Assembly: GCA_949358305.1 (NCBI GenBank)
Contig: OX442314.1
Coordinates: forward strand, 12,090,001-12,154,000
DNA: 64,000 nt
From: Strigamia acuminata
Taxonomy: Eukaryota
Direction of reading: 5' to 3'
The translations under genes were made by a program, and so were the position numbers. Positions 61,123 through 64,000 of the stretch are shown here, in pieces. Within the stretch, counting starts at the first letter, position 1, and each line of letters starts with the position of its first letter. The notes beneath the pieces are model-generated. The model did no database searches. It was not told the DNA's origin and saw nothing but the letters and a program-made list of their open reading frames with translations.

Positions 61123-62711
61123 ATGGTTCATAAAAAAAGCGAATACCGCCTCAATTATAAATGGAATCCGTCGAGCCTTTACCAAGAAACTTGGCAAACT
61201 GGCTTCACGTATCGCGTGCAGCGTCGATTACACGATTATTCGCACCTTCCTTTGCCCTGGGAAGTTCATGGATGTAAATGCGACGACGACGACGAGGTTT
61301 ACGAGGCACATCTTCCTCTGCCGAAGACACGACTCAAACATAACGTTTTGAACGAGCAATGGCAACGAACGACTCGCGCGGAACAATTTAAAGGTTTTGA
61401 AAGGAATTTTGAGTTTTTTTAAAGTATAAATTTGGTTTGTGGGATTGTTGTATTTGTAGATGATGTTAAACCATGTGAGAGTGATGTTAATGGAGTGAGG
61501 GACGAGTGGTATAGAGAATGGGAGGAGAAAGAACATCAAGACCCACCGAGTCCTGTAGCGTCGGCGAGATATCGATCGCCCGTTCGAGAGAAATTGTCGC
61601 CGAAATTTGACTCGGCGATGCAAATTAAGGAAAGAGATGATTTCGATGGTGGTGGAGATGGTTATACGGCATGTCAACGTCAGTTAAAATTTATTTATTT
61701 ACGGTTTTATGATATTTTCTAGACGTTTCTTTGATAAATTTATTAAAGGATTTTTTTAAATACTTTTTTTGCGGTTTTACAATGTTTTAACACTATATTT
61801 TTAACATTTCTCTGATTTTTTTATATTCGTACGATATTTTAATACTTTTTGATATGAGGCATTTATAATTTTGAAATTTTTACGATTTTTTGATGTTTTT
61901 TAACGATTTTTTGATGTTTTTTAACGATTTTTTGATGTTTTTTAACGATTTTTTGATGTTTTTAACGATTTTCTGATGTTTTTTAACGATTTTTTTTGAT
62001 GTTTTTAATGTTTTTGATCTTTTTCTTGTTTATTTTACGATTTTTTAAATATTTTTGTACGTTTTTTTACGTTTTTTTTAACGATTTTTTGGTGTTTTTT
62101 TTACGAGTTATTGATGTTTTACGTTTTTTTATATACTTTTAAAAATGATTTTATAACTTTTTTACGCTTTATTTCATTTAAAAATTAATTAATTCGTTTT
62201 TAGTGCCTCCAATGTTAATAACAGAAGGAACCCAAACTCTGCCAAGACTTCCAAACGCTCGAAAAGAACTCCAAGTGACAGAACCAGTATCCAAATCGAC
62301 GTGTATCCCAAAATTTTTGCCTTACGGATGGGCTAGCAAACGCGACATATCGGACAAGAAAACATTCAACGTTTTTGCACCGACCCGACATGTAATAAAT
62401 CGTTATTTATTCCAAGTAAACACGTGATTTTTCTTGCAACTATTCCACAGTTGAATCAGTTCTATCCATCGGCAATTCGGGCGTGGAAGAAAAAAGACGA
62501 CGACTTGACGAGATGCATCGATCAAGATTTTCGCTGTCCGCAGAAACAAGTTTATCGAACACCTGAAAATGTGATCACGTATCCCGGAAGTGTCTGGATG
62601 ACTGAATATCAAAAACAGTACTCAACGAGGAAACCATTGACAAGACCTGCTACAGCACCACCTGCTAATCTCAGCCAATTAGGAGGCATTTACCATAAAT
62701 GTTGTTTTTAA
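61123..62711 (+). CDS. CCSAP: Centriole, cilia and spindle-associated protein-like, 4 exons
   Basis: N-terminal KSEYRLNY...YRVQRRLHDYSHLPLPWE, and C-terminal FLPYGW...KKTFNVFA...PSAIRA...WMTEYQKQYSTR. These match the CCSAP family motifs as I recall them. Confidence 0.78.
61880..62120. repeat. Intronic ~20-bp T-rich minisatellite
   Basis: ACGATTTTTTGATGTTTTTTA tandem copies in a CCSAP intron. Confidence 0.85.
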
Positions 62712-63826
62712 TTCGTTTTTTAAAGGGTTAACACCTGGTGACAAATATTGTAAACATTATTACTGTTGAAATCTTGTTTTATTGTAATAATTCGCCGTTG
62801 TGGATTGTAATTTTGTGGATTTTTATGATTGATTATGTGTTTTGATTATCTTAGGGTAATTTGTGTCGTTTCTTACAGATTGAAAAGGCTTTTATTGCAT
62901 TTATACACGTGATTTTTAGACGGCTTTACATGTGGAGCTAAAGATGTTTGGTGTTTGTACATATTTATATATACAATTGTTATTCATTTAAAATGAACTT
63001 GTTATAATAGAAAAACACGCAACTAACTGCCCAAGTTGAACTGAAATGACACGATACACGATTTATATATTTTTTTTTAAGTTCTGAACAATTTTGCCGT
63101 TTATTTTCCTTTTCTTTCTCTTATTAGTAATAATAACAATCATTTCTGAGTGTACAGATTTTTAATACAATTAAAATATGATGAATAATGCAAAATAATC
63201 GTTATTTAAGCGTTTAAAATGTTACAAATATTAAAAATTATTAAAATAACGGGAGATTCATGAAACGATTCAATGAAATTAAGCTAAAATTAATGTTTTA
63301 CTTCTACTATAAACCATAAAAATAATAAAAAACGAAGAAGAAACTCGAAACAAATCACCACGGAATAAATATTTGACCACTTTCCAGAAAAAACAGAAAT
63401 AAATATTTATAAAATTCACTTCTCCCGATTCCCTAACACATATCCTTGAATTTATATTTATTTAATTTATCATTATACTTTGATGACAGGATAAATGATA
63501 AATTGCTTAGAAATACTAATACTACAAGTGTTAAAATTATTATTCTATGGTTCACAATATTTTTTCTCTATTTGCCATAAATTAAACATTTTGGTCCACG
63601 AGATCTATAACAAGATTGTTGCAGAAAAAAATATATCAACAAAGTATTATTTTTGAATACTTAACAACACGAGTGATGTCACTTAGCGATTATCAACCAT
63701 CAGTAAGTTATTAAATTGATGATAAATGAATAATTTTGTAATTTACTCGTATTTCTATTTGTTAAACACGAGGTACAAATGGGGGAGACAAAAAAATAAG
63801 TTAAAAAAAAACAAAAAACAACACAA

Positions 63827-63939
63827 TTATATTTTGCAGGCACAATCCGGTTGTCGCCGTTGCTGTTGACGATTTAATCTTCGTAATGACGCGTCGCCAT
63901 ATTGAATTCCTGATCCGATACGTTCGGGGTCTAATTCGC
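63827..63939 (-). CDS. Rab4: Last coding exon of Rab4 (rest of the gene lies beyond the window)
   Basis: After TTTTCTAG it reads [37 protein letters not shown], which is the Rab4 C-terminal signature with a CxC prenylation motif. Not in the ORF track. Confidence 0.88.
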
Positions 63940-64000
63940 CTAGAAAAACAAACATTTTGAAATTTATTTATCATGAAAATAATGGAATAATAATAAAAAA

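Noticed and set aside
63438..63452. ATATCCTT U12 AT-AC donor-like motif
   Set aside because: It is in non-coding sequence, antisense to the Rab4 3' region, with no flanking exon or branch site.

Overview
Eukaryotic, AT-rich genomic DNA with compact genes and mostly 55-75 nt introns. It is most likely from a non-insect arthropod; this is inferred from the mAChR-A, the Rab4 tail, a Sec-containing GPx and the intron style. The window opens inside a recent-looking LTR retroelement (3' LTR 5330-6489, TG...CA, PPT, degenerate PBS). Its interior holds one intact 1430-aa ORF with no gag/pol/env motif that I can recognise. The genes that follow are: muscarinic receptor mAChR-A (+), a selenocysteine glutathione peroxidase with an in-frame UGA and a clear SECIS (-), a steryl/arylsulfatase (-), a NAALADase/GCPII (+), TMEM179-like (+), an EML/EMAP with a U12 intron and several alternative first exons (-), a small divergent bHLH gene that the ORF track misses and that resembles MEIOSIN-type HLH proteins (+), bicistronic MOCS1A/B (+), ABCB10 (-), menin (-), CLPTM1 (+), GAPR-1/GLIPR2 (-), a Ly6/quiver-like GPI protein (-), CCSAP (+) and the last exon of Rab4 (-). 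A foldback-like element, two MITEs and many intronic minisatellites with ~10-bp-phased A-tracts are also present. Exon boundaries were worked out by hand, and family names come from remembered motifs, not from database searches.
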